From a virus (taxonomy: Duplodnaviria; Caudoviricetes), in IMG/VR virus record IMGVR_UViG_3300008113_000379, positions 1 through 56,669 of that record: a stretch of 56,669 nucleotides of DNA. The stretch is one strand, 5' to 3'. Position numbers and translations under genes: made by a program. Below, one piece after another: positions 8,346 through 16,474 of the stretch. Numbering within the stretch: position 1 is the first letter of the stretch; every line of letters begins with the position of its first letter. The notes under the pieces are model-generated. The model was given only the letters and a program-made list of their open reading frames with translations. It did no database searches and was not told where the DNA came from.

Positions 8346-8871
8346 ATTAACAAATCACCGTATTACTGAAGGTAGTGAGTATGGTTGGAGCTGTTATCCT
8401 GATGCACGTATGTTAAATTATGAGAGTAATTTTGCTTATGTGTCGGTCGTATACAGTACTGAGACACAAGAAATCTATGAAGCCGATGTAAGTATTAAAA
8501 TCCATGCATGGGATGAAGACCAAAGACCATATCGCTGGTTAAATCCTGAATTCAAAGATGCAATGATTGCCGAAGCCAAATCACGTAAAGTTAAATGGAA
8601 AAAAGCATGGGATGAAGTTAAGTGGATTGACCTCGAAACTGAGGAAGATTTCTTAGAAAAAGCAGAGGCAATCTTTAATGGCATTGAAGATTTTGACAAG
8701 CGTGTTCAAGTTCCTATTGATTTGGAAGATGATGTAATGTTACAGTTGTGTATGGAAGCACACAAGCGTGATATCACATTGAACAAAATGGTTGAAGAAA
8801 TTTTACAAACTCTTATTGCTGAACGTAAGCATAAAGAGTTTGTAAACGATTACCCACAGGATCTTGGATGA
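8323..8871 (+). CDS. hypothetical protein with possible C-terminal RHH-like segment
   Basis: EAHKRDITLNKMVEEIL resembles ribbon-helix-helix. Confidence 0.6.
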   Translation: MHLSQVNELTNHRITEGSEYGWSCYPDARMLNYESNFAYVSVVYSTETQEIYEADVSIKIHAWDEDQRPYRWLNPEFKDAMIAEAKSRKVKWKKAWDEVKWIDLETEEDFLEKAEAIFNGIEDFDKRVQVPIDLEDDVMLQLCMEAHKRDITLNKMVEEILQTLIAERKHKEFVNDYPQDLG

Positions 8872-9155
8872 ACAATATATTATATGGAATTTTTGATTGG
8901 ATAAAAAGTGATTACAAAAGTAATAGACTACGTTTTTGTTTTGAGGTTTTGGCTTGGGCTATTTCTATTGGGTGTTCTATCACTATGGCAAGCACCGTAC
9001 CAAACCCCCCATTACTTATTCTCTATCCAATATGGATTTGTGGATGTGCTATATATGCTGGGTGCGCTTATAGTCGGCGTTCCTTTGGTATGCTTGCTAA
9101 TTACATCTTACTTACCACAATCGACACAATCGGACTCATAAGGATGCTAACATGA
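8868..9155 (+). CDS. membrane protein
   Basis: Three hydrophobic segments. Confidence 0.65.
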   Translation: MNNILYGIFDWIKSDYKSNRLRFCFEVLAWAISIGCSITMASTVPNPPLLILYPIWICGCAIYAGCAYSRRSFGMLANYILLTTIDTIGLIRMLT

Positions 9156-9601
9156 ACAGAAAAACTTGGACACTAGAAGTCAAAGAGGATCCAGAAAATG
9201 GTGACGCAATACTTGAATTTCCTGATGACCTTATGCTAGAGGCAGGCTGGAAAGAGGGTGATGAACTAGATTGGATTGACAATAAAAACGGTTCTTATAC
9301 TTTGAAAAAGAAAGAACCCACCGAATGGGTGCTTGTTGAATGTGTCAGTACTTTCCGTGAACGATATATGGTTGAAGTACCTAAGGGTAAGGCTGAGTGG
9401 GCATTGGATACAGTTACAATGAATGAAGCCAAAGAGTTTAGCCAAGAACATATTGGTGAGCAAATTATTAGCCATCGTGTTGTGTCTAAAGAAGAGGCAT
9501 TGACATTGTGTGATAAGGATAATGACTATGGTAGTTCTTGGGATGAAGAATTAAAAGTAAAGAATTTTTTCACAACTTGGAAAGAACAGGAAACAAAATG
9601 A
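9152..9601 (+). CDS. protein with N-terminal AbrB/MazE-like domain
   Basis: ILEFPDDLMLEAGWKEGDELDW. Confidence 0.6.
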   Translation: MNRKTWTLEVKEDPENGDAILEFPDDLMLEAGWKEGDELDWIDNKNGSYTLKKKEPTEWVLVECVSTFRERYMVEVPKGKAEWALDTVTMNEAKEFSQEHIGEQIISHRVVSKEEALTLCDKDNDYGSSWDEELKVKNFFTTWKEQETK

Positions 9602-9912
9602 ATGTCTCTACTGAATGGACAGATAAAGATTGGAATAAACTTGACAAATGGTTGCGTGGTGTTCTAAAAACAGAAACGGTCACCGTAACCTTTACTAAAA
9701 AGGATGGCACGGAACGTGTAATGAATTGCACAACCAATCCTGCTATTGTACCTAAAGTAGAAGTTAAAGAAGATGCAAAACCACGCAAAGTGTCAGAGAC
9801 TACAATGCGTGTATTTGATACTGATATTAAAGAGTGGCGCAGTTTTACTACTAAATCCATTAAACACTTGAGCGTTACATTTGACTTTGGAGAGGATCAT
9901 GATACGGTATGA
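9598..9912 (+). CDS. Sm-like/WYL_2-type phage protein
   Basis: VTFTKKDGTERVMNCT..VFD..WRSF. Confidence 0.7.
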   Translation: MNVSTEWTDKDWNKLDKWLRGVLKTETVTVTFTKKDGTERVMNCTTNPAIVPKVEVKEDAKPRKVSETTMRVFDTDIKEWRSFTTKSIKHLSVTFDFGEDHDTV

Positions 9913-10129
9913 TGACAAAACAAAAGTCACTTGTGTAGATAATGGACAAACTGTAGATGCAGAGGTATTAGAATTCAAGCCTCAACTATTGCTAAGTGTA
10001 AGCCTTAATAAAAGTATCAAAATGGTACTTAAATATTCGGCAAAGAGTGACGAATACCAAGGTGATTTATACGGTAGAACTTTTATTTCAAAAGGCCCAA
10101 AAGGCACTCACTACAGCACAGGTCGTTAA
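9899..10129 (+). CDS. hypothetical protein
   Basis: GAGG RBS; coupled ORF. Confidence 0.6.
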   Translation: MIRYDDKTKVTCVDNGQTVDAEVLEFKPQLLLSVSLNKSIKMVLKYSAKSDEYQGDLYGRTFISKGPKGTHYSTGR

Positions 10130-10131
10130 GG

Positions 10132-10160
10132 TTGACAATAAATAAGGGTTCTGTTATACT
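10132..10160 (+). promoter_or_regulatory. early promoter
   Basis: TTGACA-17nt-TATACT. Confidence 0.75.
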
Positions 10161-10167
10161 AACGGGT

Positions 10168-10320
10168 ATGAAAAAAGAACTCTTATCTTTCAAAATTGAA
10201 CAGCCCAAACACAGGGCTCACCGTGTGTTGTTTCAAAACAACACACCGTTCAAACCCAAAGTCGTGCAAAATAAACTTGCATACCGTCGTAAACCCAAAC
10301 ATAATGTAAGCGAGTACTAA
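10168..10320 (+). CDS. small basic protein with ArfA-like C-terminus
   Basis: PFKPKVVQNKLAYRRKPKH resembles ArfA LFRQRVEKNKKGKGSYxRKGKH. Confidence 0.45.
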   Translation: MKKELLSFKIEQPKHRAHRVLFQNNTPFKPKVVQNKLAYRRKPKHNVSEY

Positions 10321-10321
10321 C

Positions 10322-10585
10322 ATGGAAAAAATCCTTTGTAAGGATTGTAAGAATTCTAAAACTAGTTTTTTTAATAAAATTGTTAAAAATCCGTATGGAT
10401 ATCGGTGCATGTTGCCCGAGGCATTCTATACACCCCCGCCCGACAAGACGCTAGGCCTGGACAGGCCTGGATATTTTGAATCTTGCAATGTAGCAAGAGC
10501 AGACCCCAAAATTTGCGGTCCTCACGCTATAAACTGGGTTCCCCGCGATACTGCAAAAGTATTCACTTTCCTCAAACGAATTTAA
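10322..10585 (+). CDS. Cys-rich hypothetical protein
   Basis: CKDC..C..C..CGP. Confidence 0.6.
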   Translation: MEKILCKDCKNSKTSFFNKIVKNPYGYRCMLPEAFYTPPPDKTLGLDRPGYFESCNVARADPKICGPHAINWVPRDTAKVFTFLKRI

Positions 10586-10594
10586 GGAGTTATT

Positions 10595-10828
10595 ATGACA
10601 AAAGGTATATGTCCTGTTTGTAACGGAACTGGAAAAAGTGAGGACGGTCGTGGATGTAGGAATTGTGGTGGACAAGAAATGTATGGTCGAGGTACGGGTC
10701 AAGTCAATTTAAGACACGACGGTACTCCTTGTAAACATGAATACACAAGTACTACAATTGGTCGTTGCCTAACTAGATACAAATGTACTCATTGTTCTTA
10801 TCAATTTGACATTGATTCAGGTGACTAA
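10595..10828 (+). CDS. CxxCxGxG zinc-finger protein
   Basis: CPVCNGTG, CRNCGG, CTHC; AAGGAG RBS. Confidence 0.7.
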   Translation: MTKGICPVCNGTGKSEDGRGCRNCGGQEMYGRGTGQVNLRHDGTPCKHEYTSTTIGRCLTRYKCTHCSYQFDIDSGD

Positions 10829-10832
10829 AAGG

Positions 10833-10861
10833 TTGACAATAAATCACTTTGGGTATATAAT
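10833..10861 (+). promoter_or_regulatory. early promoter (repeat family)
   Basis: TTGACAATAAATCACTTTGGGTATATAAT. Confidence 0.9.
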
Positions 10862-10893
10862 ATATCTTGTTCAGTTGATTAAAGGAGTAAACA

Positions 10894-11196
10894 ATGGAAC
10901 GTCTTTCACAGATTCAACAAGTCAATTCTGCTATCATGTTTGGCAATTTCACTAATGACGAACTGAATAGCATCAACGATGCCGTTAAGTTTGCCCGTGC
11001 TAGTATTGCAAAACAAAACAAACGTGAAATGGGTGTTGGCACTGTTGTCAAATTCAAAAATAGCCGCACCGGTATGACTGTGACTGGTACTGTTAAAAAG
11101 GTAAACAGAAAGTTTATCCTTGTGAATGAGCAAAAAGCAGGTAGCTTGTTTGGTTCAACCTGGAGAGTTCCAGCTAGCATGTTAGAAGTTGCGTAA
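10894..11196 (+). CDS. hypothetical protein with SH3/KOW-like C-terminus
   Basis: VGTVVKF..GTVKKVNRK..WRVPASML; strong RBS. Confidence 0.7.
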   Translation: MERLSQIQQVNSAIMFGNFTNDELNSINDAVKFARASIAKQNKREMGVGTVVKFKNSRTGMTVTGTVKKVNRKFILVNEQKAGSLFGSTWRVPASMLEVA

Positions 11197-11203
11197 AAAC
11201 AAC

Positions 11204-11242
11204 ATACCCAAACTTGACAATAAATCGGTTTGGGTATATAAT
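11204..11242 (+). promoter_or_regulatory. early promoter with 10-bp inverted repeat
   Basis: ATACCCAAAC..GTTTGGGTAT flanking TTGACA (11214); TATAAT at 11237. Confidence 0.85.
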
Positions 11243-11274
11243 AACATCTTAGACAGTAAAGAAAAGGAAACGAA

Positions 11275-11559
11275 ATGACTACACTGACAATTGATATCTC
11301 TTATGGCATGTTCTCTGACGAAGGTAACATGGCTGTTCACGGTATTGTTATAGCTGCCAAAAGTCAAAATCTGTCATGGGAACAGACTTTTAAGGCGTTG
11401 CGTGAATTGGCTGATTCTAACCCTGACAGTTTTGGTGAGGCAATGGACACAATGGTTCGTGAATGTGTCTACGATGCAATTGGCGCTGAATTTCAATATC
11501 ACCTGCCTGCCGGCGGACCTGCCCGAGTTCATCGAGGTCGCTCAGGAGAGCCTGCGTAA
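11275..11559 (+). CDS. hypothetical protein whose C-terminus is altered by a GC-rich insert
   Basis: Composition switches after ...YDAIGA; a probable native tail DIERGECFYI* lies at 11577-11609 in another frame. Confidence 0.6.
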   Translation: MTTLTIDISYGMFSDEGNMAVHGIVIAAKSQNLSWEQTFKALRELADSNPDSFGEAMDTMVRECVYDAIGAEFQYHLPAGGPARVHRGRSGEPA

Positions 11560-11576
11560 TGGGGTGGGTGGTCTAT
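11490..11576 (+). other. GC-rich foreign insert containing an rplY (L25/Ctc)-like fragment
   Basis: 47/70 GC at 11501-11570; 11495-11539 reads NITCLPADLPEFIEV with GC-ending codons. Confidence 0.65.
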
Positions 11577-11618
11577 GATATCGAGCGTGGTGAGTGTTTT
11601 TACATCTAAGGAACAAAC

Positions 11619-11885
11619 ATGACTAAGAAAATCTCCATCAAAATTTTTGCAGATCCTGGTCATGCTTGGGCACGTGTTGCTAAGTCCAAGTTGGTGACAC
11701 TTGGTATTGCCGACAAAATCTCTGCATATAGTTATCAAAAGGGTGAGAATGCTTTCCTGGAAGAGGACTGTGATTTGACAGTACTAGTCAACGCATTACG
11801 TGAGCGTGGCTATGAGGTAAAATTCAACGAAAGCCACACTAACCGTCAAAGCAAAATCCGTAGTTATTCTACATACAAGGCTTGA
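11619..11885 (+). CDS. hypothetical protein
   Basis: DPGHAW..FLEEDCD motif; AGGA RBS. Confidence 0.7.
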   Translation: MTKKISIKIFADPGHAWARVAKSKLVTLGIADKISAYSYQKGENAFLEEDCDLTVLVNALRERGYEVKFNESHTNRQSKIRSYSTYKA

Positions 11886-11910
11886 CAATAAATCAATTTG
11901 GGTCTATAAT
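11882..11910 (+). promoter_or_regulatory. early promoter (repeat family)
   Basis: TTGACAATAAATCAATTTGGGTCTATAAT. Confidence 0.9.
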
Positions 11911-11942
11911 ATAATCTTAAACAGTCGAAACAAGGAAGCAAA

Positions 11943-12209
11943 ATGAAAGCACTTAACGCATACATCACTAAGCAAAACAGTTGGAATGCAATTTTCAAAG
12001 GTCCTCAATTTGAAGTTAAAACTAGTGAGGGTCGCAAACGTGTTGCACAAAATATTGATGCCGCACTGAGCCCTGAGAACTTGACCTGTGACGGTGAACT
12101 ACCCCGTAGTCAAGTGCAAGCCCGTTATCGTGAATTGACTAATGCGGCAAAGGACCTCATCAAACTGGATCCTAGTGTTGCACAATACATGTACGAATTT
12201 TCGGAGTAA
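11943..12209 (+). CDS. hypothetical protein
   Basis: LSPENLTCDGE motif; RBS. Confidence 0.7.
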   Translation: MKALNAYITKQNSWNAIFKGPQFEVKTSEGRKRVAQNIDAALSPENLTCDGELPRSQVQARYRELTNAAKDLIKLDPSVAQYMYEFSE

Positions 12210-12214
12210 TAATC

Positions 12215-12430
12215 ATGGAAAAAATTGTTGTTATGGTTGGGGCAATTGTCATTGCTATTGCAGGACTATTGTTACTTAGTTTCTTACTAAGTTGGCCGGT
12301 GTACATGCTTTGGAATGGTTGTTTAGTTGGAGCCGTTGCAGGAGTTAGTGAAGTGTCCTGGCTACAGGCTTGGGGCATCACTGTGTTGTTTGGATTTTTG
12401 TTTAAAACTACAGTGAGTAATTCAAAATGA
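12215..12430 (+). CDS. small membrane protein
   Basis: Hydrophobic; GGAG RBS. Confidence 0.7.
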   Translation: MEKIVVMVGAIVIAIAGLLLLSFLLSWPVYMLWNGCLVGAVAGVSEVSWLQAWGITVLFGFLFKTTVSNSK

Positions 12431-12597
12431 CCAGTGCTGAAAAAATGAAATTGGCCATTGAGAGACTAGAAGAAGCCAAAGAACTAATGATTGAGGCATT
12501 AGGTGAAATGGAATTTGTAATGGACCATGTAGTCAACATAGAAACTATGATTGATGAATTGGAATACTATCGGCAAGAGGAATTAGAAAATGAGTAA
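12427..12597 (+). CDS. 56 aa acidic protein (not in ORF track)
   Basis: MTSAEKMKLAIERLEEAKELM...; ATGA overlap with upstream gene. Confidence 0.6.
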   Translation: MTSAEKMKLAIERLEEAKELMIEALGEMEFVMDHVVNIETMIDELEYYRQEELENE

Positions 12598-12763
12598 AAT
12601 GTCTGACTTGAGTTTGGAAATTGAATTGATGATTGAACAGGGTACGCATCCGGTGACAATTGCCAAAAGACTTGATATACCATTGAGTTGGGTGTATGAT
12701 ACACTTGAACAGATGGAGCCGAGTGAAGAAGAACTAAGTCCATTTGCAACATTAAATTCCTGA
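12590..12763 (+). CDS. 57 aa HTH-like protein (not in ORF track)
   Basis: MIEQGTHPVTIAKRLDIPLSWVY. Confidence 0.55.
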   Translation: MSKMSDLSLEIELMIEQGTHPVTIAKRLDIPLSWVYDTLEQMEPSEEELSPFATLNS

Positions 12764-12900
12764 TGATTTTACTTAACATAGTTTTTCTGTTGCTTGCAAT
12801 AAATTGGATTGTAGAATCTGAGAAATATTCCATCCAATGGTTTATTGGTGGAATATGTTTTGTGATGAATTTGTTCCCGATACTGAATTATATTTTTTGA
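12763..12900 (+). CDS. 45 aa membrane peptide (not in ORF track)
   Basis: TGATG overlap; two hydrophobic segments. Confidence 0.45.
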   Translation: MILLNIVFLLLAINWIVESEKYSIQWFIGGICFVMNLFPILNYIF

Positions 12901-12909
12901 GGAAATAAA

Positions 12910-13977
12910 ATGAGTTATTTTTTGAAGTCAGGCAATACGTATCGTGTTGCAAGCGATGAGGCAATGGACATTCATCGCAAACTTCCTGCAGGTAACTATG
13001 TCATTAAACTAAATGAAATGACAGGTGAATTGTACTTGGAAGGCATTGATGATTTTACTATTCCGAGTAAAATCTATGGCAATTGTCTAAAACACACTGA
13101 CAAGATTATCCGAACCTTTACGGATCGTGATAACGCAACCGGTGTAATGATGACCGGCGAAAAAGGTAGTGGTAAAACATTGCTTACCAAGAATGTTTCT
13201 ATCCAGTTGGCCAAGCAGGGTATCCCTACAATTGTTATTAATGCCCCTTGGAATGGTGATAAGTTTAACACCTTCATTCAGAACATTGAACAGCCGTGTG
13301 CTATTCTGTTTGATGAATTTGAAAAGACCTATAATGAACGTGATGAACAGGAAGCTATTCTAACATTGTTGGATGGTGTGTTCCCGACTAAGAAGTTGTT
13401 CATGTTGACTTGTAATGACAAGTGGCGTATCGACCAGCACATGCGTAATCGGCCCGGTCGTATTTACTATATGTTAGATTTCAAAGGGTTAGATGAAACA
13501 TTTATCCGTGAATACTGTTATGACAATCTTAAGGATGCAAGCCTAAAGAATATTGACAGCATGGTAAATATTGGTAGTTTGTTCGCTGAATTCAATTTTG
13601 ACATGTTGAAGGCAATTGTTGAAGAAATGAATCGCTATAACGAATCTCCGCAAGAGGCACTTGAAATGCTTAACGCTAAACCTGAGTTTGATACTGGTAC
13701 CGAATACAATATCAAGATTGTACACAACGGTAAGGAAATCGAAAAAGCCCGCCAAGACAAATTTTTAGGCAATCCCTTGCAACCAAAAGGTGTTGAAATT
13801 GAATTTGACAGTGATCCTGATGATGAGGATAGCGAGTACATTTGGAAGACTTTCAAACCTGATGCATTGATTCATGTTGATGGTCGTAAGGGTGAGTTCA
13901 CTTTCAAAGACAACGGAACCACTGTTACACTAACAAAAATTGAAAAGAAAACTTACCATCTATACGATGCTTTTTGA
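12910..13977 (+). CDS. AAA+ ATPase
   Basis: GEKGSGKT Walker A, ILFDEFEK Walker B, NRPGR arginine finger. Confidence 0.9.
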   Translation: MSYFLKSGNTYRVASDEAMDIHRKLPAGNYVIKLNEMTGELYLEGIDDFTIPSKIYGNCLKHTDKIIRTFTDRDNATGVMMTGEKGSGKTLLTKNVSIQLAKQGIPTIVINAPWNGDKFNTFIQNIEQPCAILFDEFEKTYNERDEQEAILTLLDGVFPTKKLFMLTCNDKWRIDQHMRNRPGRIYYMLDFKGLDETFIREYCYDNLKDASLKNIDSMVNIGSLFAEFNFDMLKAIVEEMNRYNESPQEALEMLNAKPEFDTGTEYNIKIVHNGKEIEKARQDKFLGNPLQPKGVEIEFDSDPDDEDSEYIWKTFKPDALIHVDGRKGEFTFKDNGTTVTLTKIEKKTYHLYDAF

Positions 13978-13997
13978 AACTAAAAGTATACACTTTT

Positions 13998-14024
13998 AAA
14001 AGAGTACGAAAGTACTCTTTTTTT
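13998..14024 (+). terminator. rho-independent terminator
   Basis: AAAAGAGTAC-GAAA-GTACTCTTTT followed by TTT. Confidence 0.9.
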
Positions 14025-14036
14025 AGGCTAAAAAGG

Positions 14037-14065
14037 TTGACAATAAATGGATTTGGGTATATAAT
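14037..14065 (+). promoter_or_regulatory. early promoter (repeat family)
   Basis: TTGACAATAAATGGATTTGGGTATATAAT. Confidence 0.9.
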
Positions 14066-14094
14066 ACATGTATTGATTGATTAAAGGGACAAAC

Positions 14095-14265
14095 ATGCGT
14101 GTTATTACTGTAAACTACAATGAACGAAAAGATGAAACCACTGTAGTACTTACTGATGCGTTTAAGGATTCTTGCGGAGTTATTCAATTGGATGTGTTGC
14201 AAGATGTAATAGGATCACTGACCCGGGAATATGAGGCATTGTTGGCCCCGTTCAATAAAACTTGA
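14095..14265 (+). CDS. hypothetical protein
   Basis: ORF between two promoters. Confidence 0.6.
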   Translation: MRVITVNYNERKDETTVVLTDAFKDSCGVIQLDVLQDVIGSLTREYEALLAPFNKT

Positions 14266-14290
14266 CAATAAATCACTTTGGGTATATAAT
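14262..14290 (+). promoter_or_regulatory. early promoter (repeat family)
   Basis: TTGACAATAAATCACTTTGGGTATATAAT. Confidence 0.9.
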
Positions 14291-14323
14291 AGAATCTTAA
14301 ACAGTCGAAACAAGGAGTTACAA

Positions 14324-14734
14324 ATGGCTTACATGTCTCAGGAAAAGAAAGCAAAAATTGCCCCAGTCGTTAAATCCATTCTTAAGAAGTATGGCATCAA
14401 GGGTTCACTGAGTGTCCGGCATCACTCAAGTTTGGTACTGACTCTCAAGTCAGGCAAGATTGACTTCATCGCCAACAGTAATCGTGTATGTGGTAATGAT
14501 TTTTATCAGGTTGCAAAAGGTTTCAAACCTAACACAAATGGTTACGATTCTATCAACCCTTACTGGTTCAAGGATCACTATGACGGTGATGCTAAGGCAT
14601 TTCTGACCGAAGTGATGACCGCAATGAACGACGGTAATTGGGACAAGAGTGATATCCAATCCGACTACTTCAATGTAGGTTGGTATGTGGATCTGCACAT
14701 CGGTAAATGGAATGCCCCTTATATTGTGGGTTAA
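14324..14734 (+). CDS. conserved hypothetical phage protein
   Basis: MAYMSQE..D.SDIQSDYFNVGWY; AAGGAG RBS. Confidence 0.75.
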   Translation: MAYMSQEKKAKIAPVVKSILKKYGIKGSLSVRHHSSLVLTLKSGKIDFIANSNRVCGNDFYQVAKGFKPNTNGYDSINPYWFKDHYDGDAKAFLTEVMTAMNDGNWDKSDIQSDYFNVGWYVDLHIGKWNAPYIVG

Positions 14735-14761
14735 TCAACAAGATTTTGGTAACACAAGTGG

Positions 14762-14790
14762 TTGACAATAATGACCCTTTGTGTTATCAT
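14762..14790 (+). promoter_or_regulatory. early promoter
   Basis: TTGACA-17nt-TATCAT. Confidence 0.65.
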
Positions 14791-14848
14791 TATAACTGTG
14801 CTGAAAAGCATATTTTATCAACTAGCTATATTTTTTAAAGGAATCAAA

Positions 14849-15226
14849 ATGGCTAATCAAACTTTCAAAGTCGCAGGTATCACTGTTCACAATGGTAACC
14901 CTAAAGTTCGTTTCACTGATGACATGGTCCGTCGTGTTAAGCAGTTCAGTAAAGGTGGTGCCTCTCGCATTGACCTCGTTGAATTGCCTAGCGAGATGAC
15001 TAAGTTGGAAGCACTTGCATATTTGCAAGCACATACAGACTTCCAAAGTGCTGAGGATCAGGCAACTATTAGTGATGCTATTATCGACCGTGCTAAGGTT
15101 AAAAGCGAAGTTACAGTTCGCACAAGCAAAAAGTCTAAGCCAAGTATTGCTAATATCAAAGCACGTGCGAAAAAGCAAGTTACTGCCGAGCAAGTATTGG
15201 CAGAAGTCGGTGTCGCAACCGTTTAA
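14849..15226 (+). CDS. hypothetical protein with basic C-terminus
   Basis: AAGGA RBS. Confidence 0.7.
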   Translation: MANQTFKVAGITVHNGNPKVRFTDDMVRRVKQFSKGGASRIDLVELPSEMTKLEALAYLQAHTDFQSAEDQATISDAIIDRAKVKSEVTVRTSKKSKPSIANIKARAKKQVTAEQVLAEVGVATV

Positions 15227-15274
15227 TTATCATAGGCGCCGAGGCGCCTATATCCATTTATAAAAAGGAAATGT

Positions 15275-15463
15275 ATGAAGTTATCTGATAAACTAGTAAA
15301 ATGTAATGACAGTCTGACTGTTAATATGTACGACAATGGTTTCATGGTTGAAGTTGGTGGTCGTGATAGTAATGATGATTGGAAAAACGCAAAAGTAATG
15401 TGCAATACATTAGAAGAAGTTTTTTCTGTTATCACCGAAGCTAGCAACATGGAACGTGATTAA
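15275..15463 (+). CDS. hypothetical protein
   Basis: RBS; YDNGFMVEV motif. Confidence 0.65.
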   Translation: MKLSDKLVKCNDSLTVNMYDNGFMVEVGGRDSNDDWKNAKVMCNTLEEVFSVITEASNMERD

Positions 15464-15684
15464 TGAATCTTCAAACCTGGTCATTGTTGAATGACTATGC
15501 TAACAGGCGTAGAAGATTTGATCCGAACAATCGTGAGGATTTAAAAGAGTTAGGGTATTTTAGAAAACACGGAAGTTGGAAATCTAGTTGTCCGTTCTAT
15601 TTAGAATGGCCCTACAAAGACATTGTGTCTATGTGCCAAGCCAAGTATACAGATTTCATGCTAATGAAATTAGCTAAGAAATAA
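15463..15684 (+). CDS. hypothetical protein
   Basis: TAATG overlap; CPFYLEWPY. Confidence 0.65.
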   Translation: MNLQTWSLLNDYANRRRRFDPNNREDLKELGYFRKHGSWKSSCPFYLEWPYKDIVSMCQAKYTDFMLMKLAKK

Positions 15685-15709
15685 AAAAGCCCCTTAAGTG
15701 GGGCTTTTT
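15684..15709. terminator. bidirectional terminator between convergent blocks
   Basis: AAAAAGCCCC-TTAAGT-GGGGCTTTTT. Confidence 0.85.
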
Positions 15710-15730
15710 AATGGATACTCATAATTTATT

Positions 15731-16474
15731 TTAGAATGGTACAGTAGAAGTTTGCGCTACTGAGTTGTTGTTTGTGACAGTTTGCGTACCTGATGTATCT
15801 GTAGTTACAGCCGCACCCAGCATCAAATACTGAGTGTTAGCCAGACTAGTTAATGGTGCTGAAGGTGCTATGACTGTGCTACTGGTACTGTTATACACAG
15901 CCGACCCAACAGTGATTCTAAGGTTAGTTATAAAGCCAGGCCAATATCCTCCATAAAATCTTCCTATCCAGTTACAAGGACCTGAGTAATCAAGATTGTT
16001 AACCTGTGTTCCACCACTGACACTAGAACCGCCTGCGGCACTGGTAGCACGATTACAAGTCACATAAGCACTGGTATTGACAAAAGTGCCTACCCACATT
16101 GTTTCTACTTGGGTACCGGCATTACGATTTAGTATGATATACTGCCACTGGTTGACTTGCAAGGTGTTACTAGGAAAAGTATAAGTTCTAGCACCGCCGC
16201 CACCGTATCTGTCTAGGGTAAATGACTGTGCATCATTGTTGAATAAACTTAGAGCATTAAACTGGTCTGTGGCAACCAATCCTCTTTGAGCAGTATAATC
16301 CACGTTGTTATAGAACCAACCTTCTATGGTATAAGCACTGGTACCTAATGTAGTGCCCGGACTTAAACTGAGATATCTTGCACCGGCTGGATCAAACTGT
16401 AGGCTACCGGCAAGAGGTGTATAAACAACACTACTTGCCACATTATTCATCATAGCCATCATTGCGCCAGCCAT
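15731..16474 (-). CDS. LamG/ConA-like lectin-domain virion protein (putative adhesin)
   Basis: YTIEGWFY, QWQYIILNR, GFITNLRIT. Confidence 0.7.
   Translation of the reverse strand: MAGAMMAMMNNVASSVVYTPLAGSLQFDPAGARYLSLSPGTTLGTSAYTIEGWFYNNVDYTAQRGLVATDQFNALSLFNNDAQSFTLDRYGGGGARTYTFPSNTLQVNQWQYIILNRNAGTQVETMWVGTFVNTSAYVTCNRATSAAGGSSVSGGTQVNNLDYSGPCNWIGRFYGGYWPGFITNLRITVGSAVYNSTSSTVIAPSAPLTSLANTQYLMLGAAVTTDTSGTQTVTNNNSVAQTSTVPF

Noticed and set aside
10595-10828. dnaJ
   Set aside because: Only CxxCxGxG motifs; no J-domain or HPD
4334-14290. Repeated ~29-bp sequence as a CRISPR array
   Set aside because: Copies are hundreds to thousands of bases apart, separated by whole genes, and match -35/-10 promoter boxes; no cas genes seen
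15232-15251. Hairpin ATAGGCGC-CGAG-GCGCCTAT as a terminator
   Set aside because: No T-tract on either strand; more likely a transcript-stabilising hairpin, and too little evidence to call
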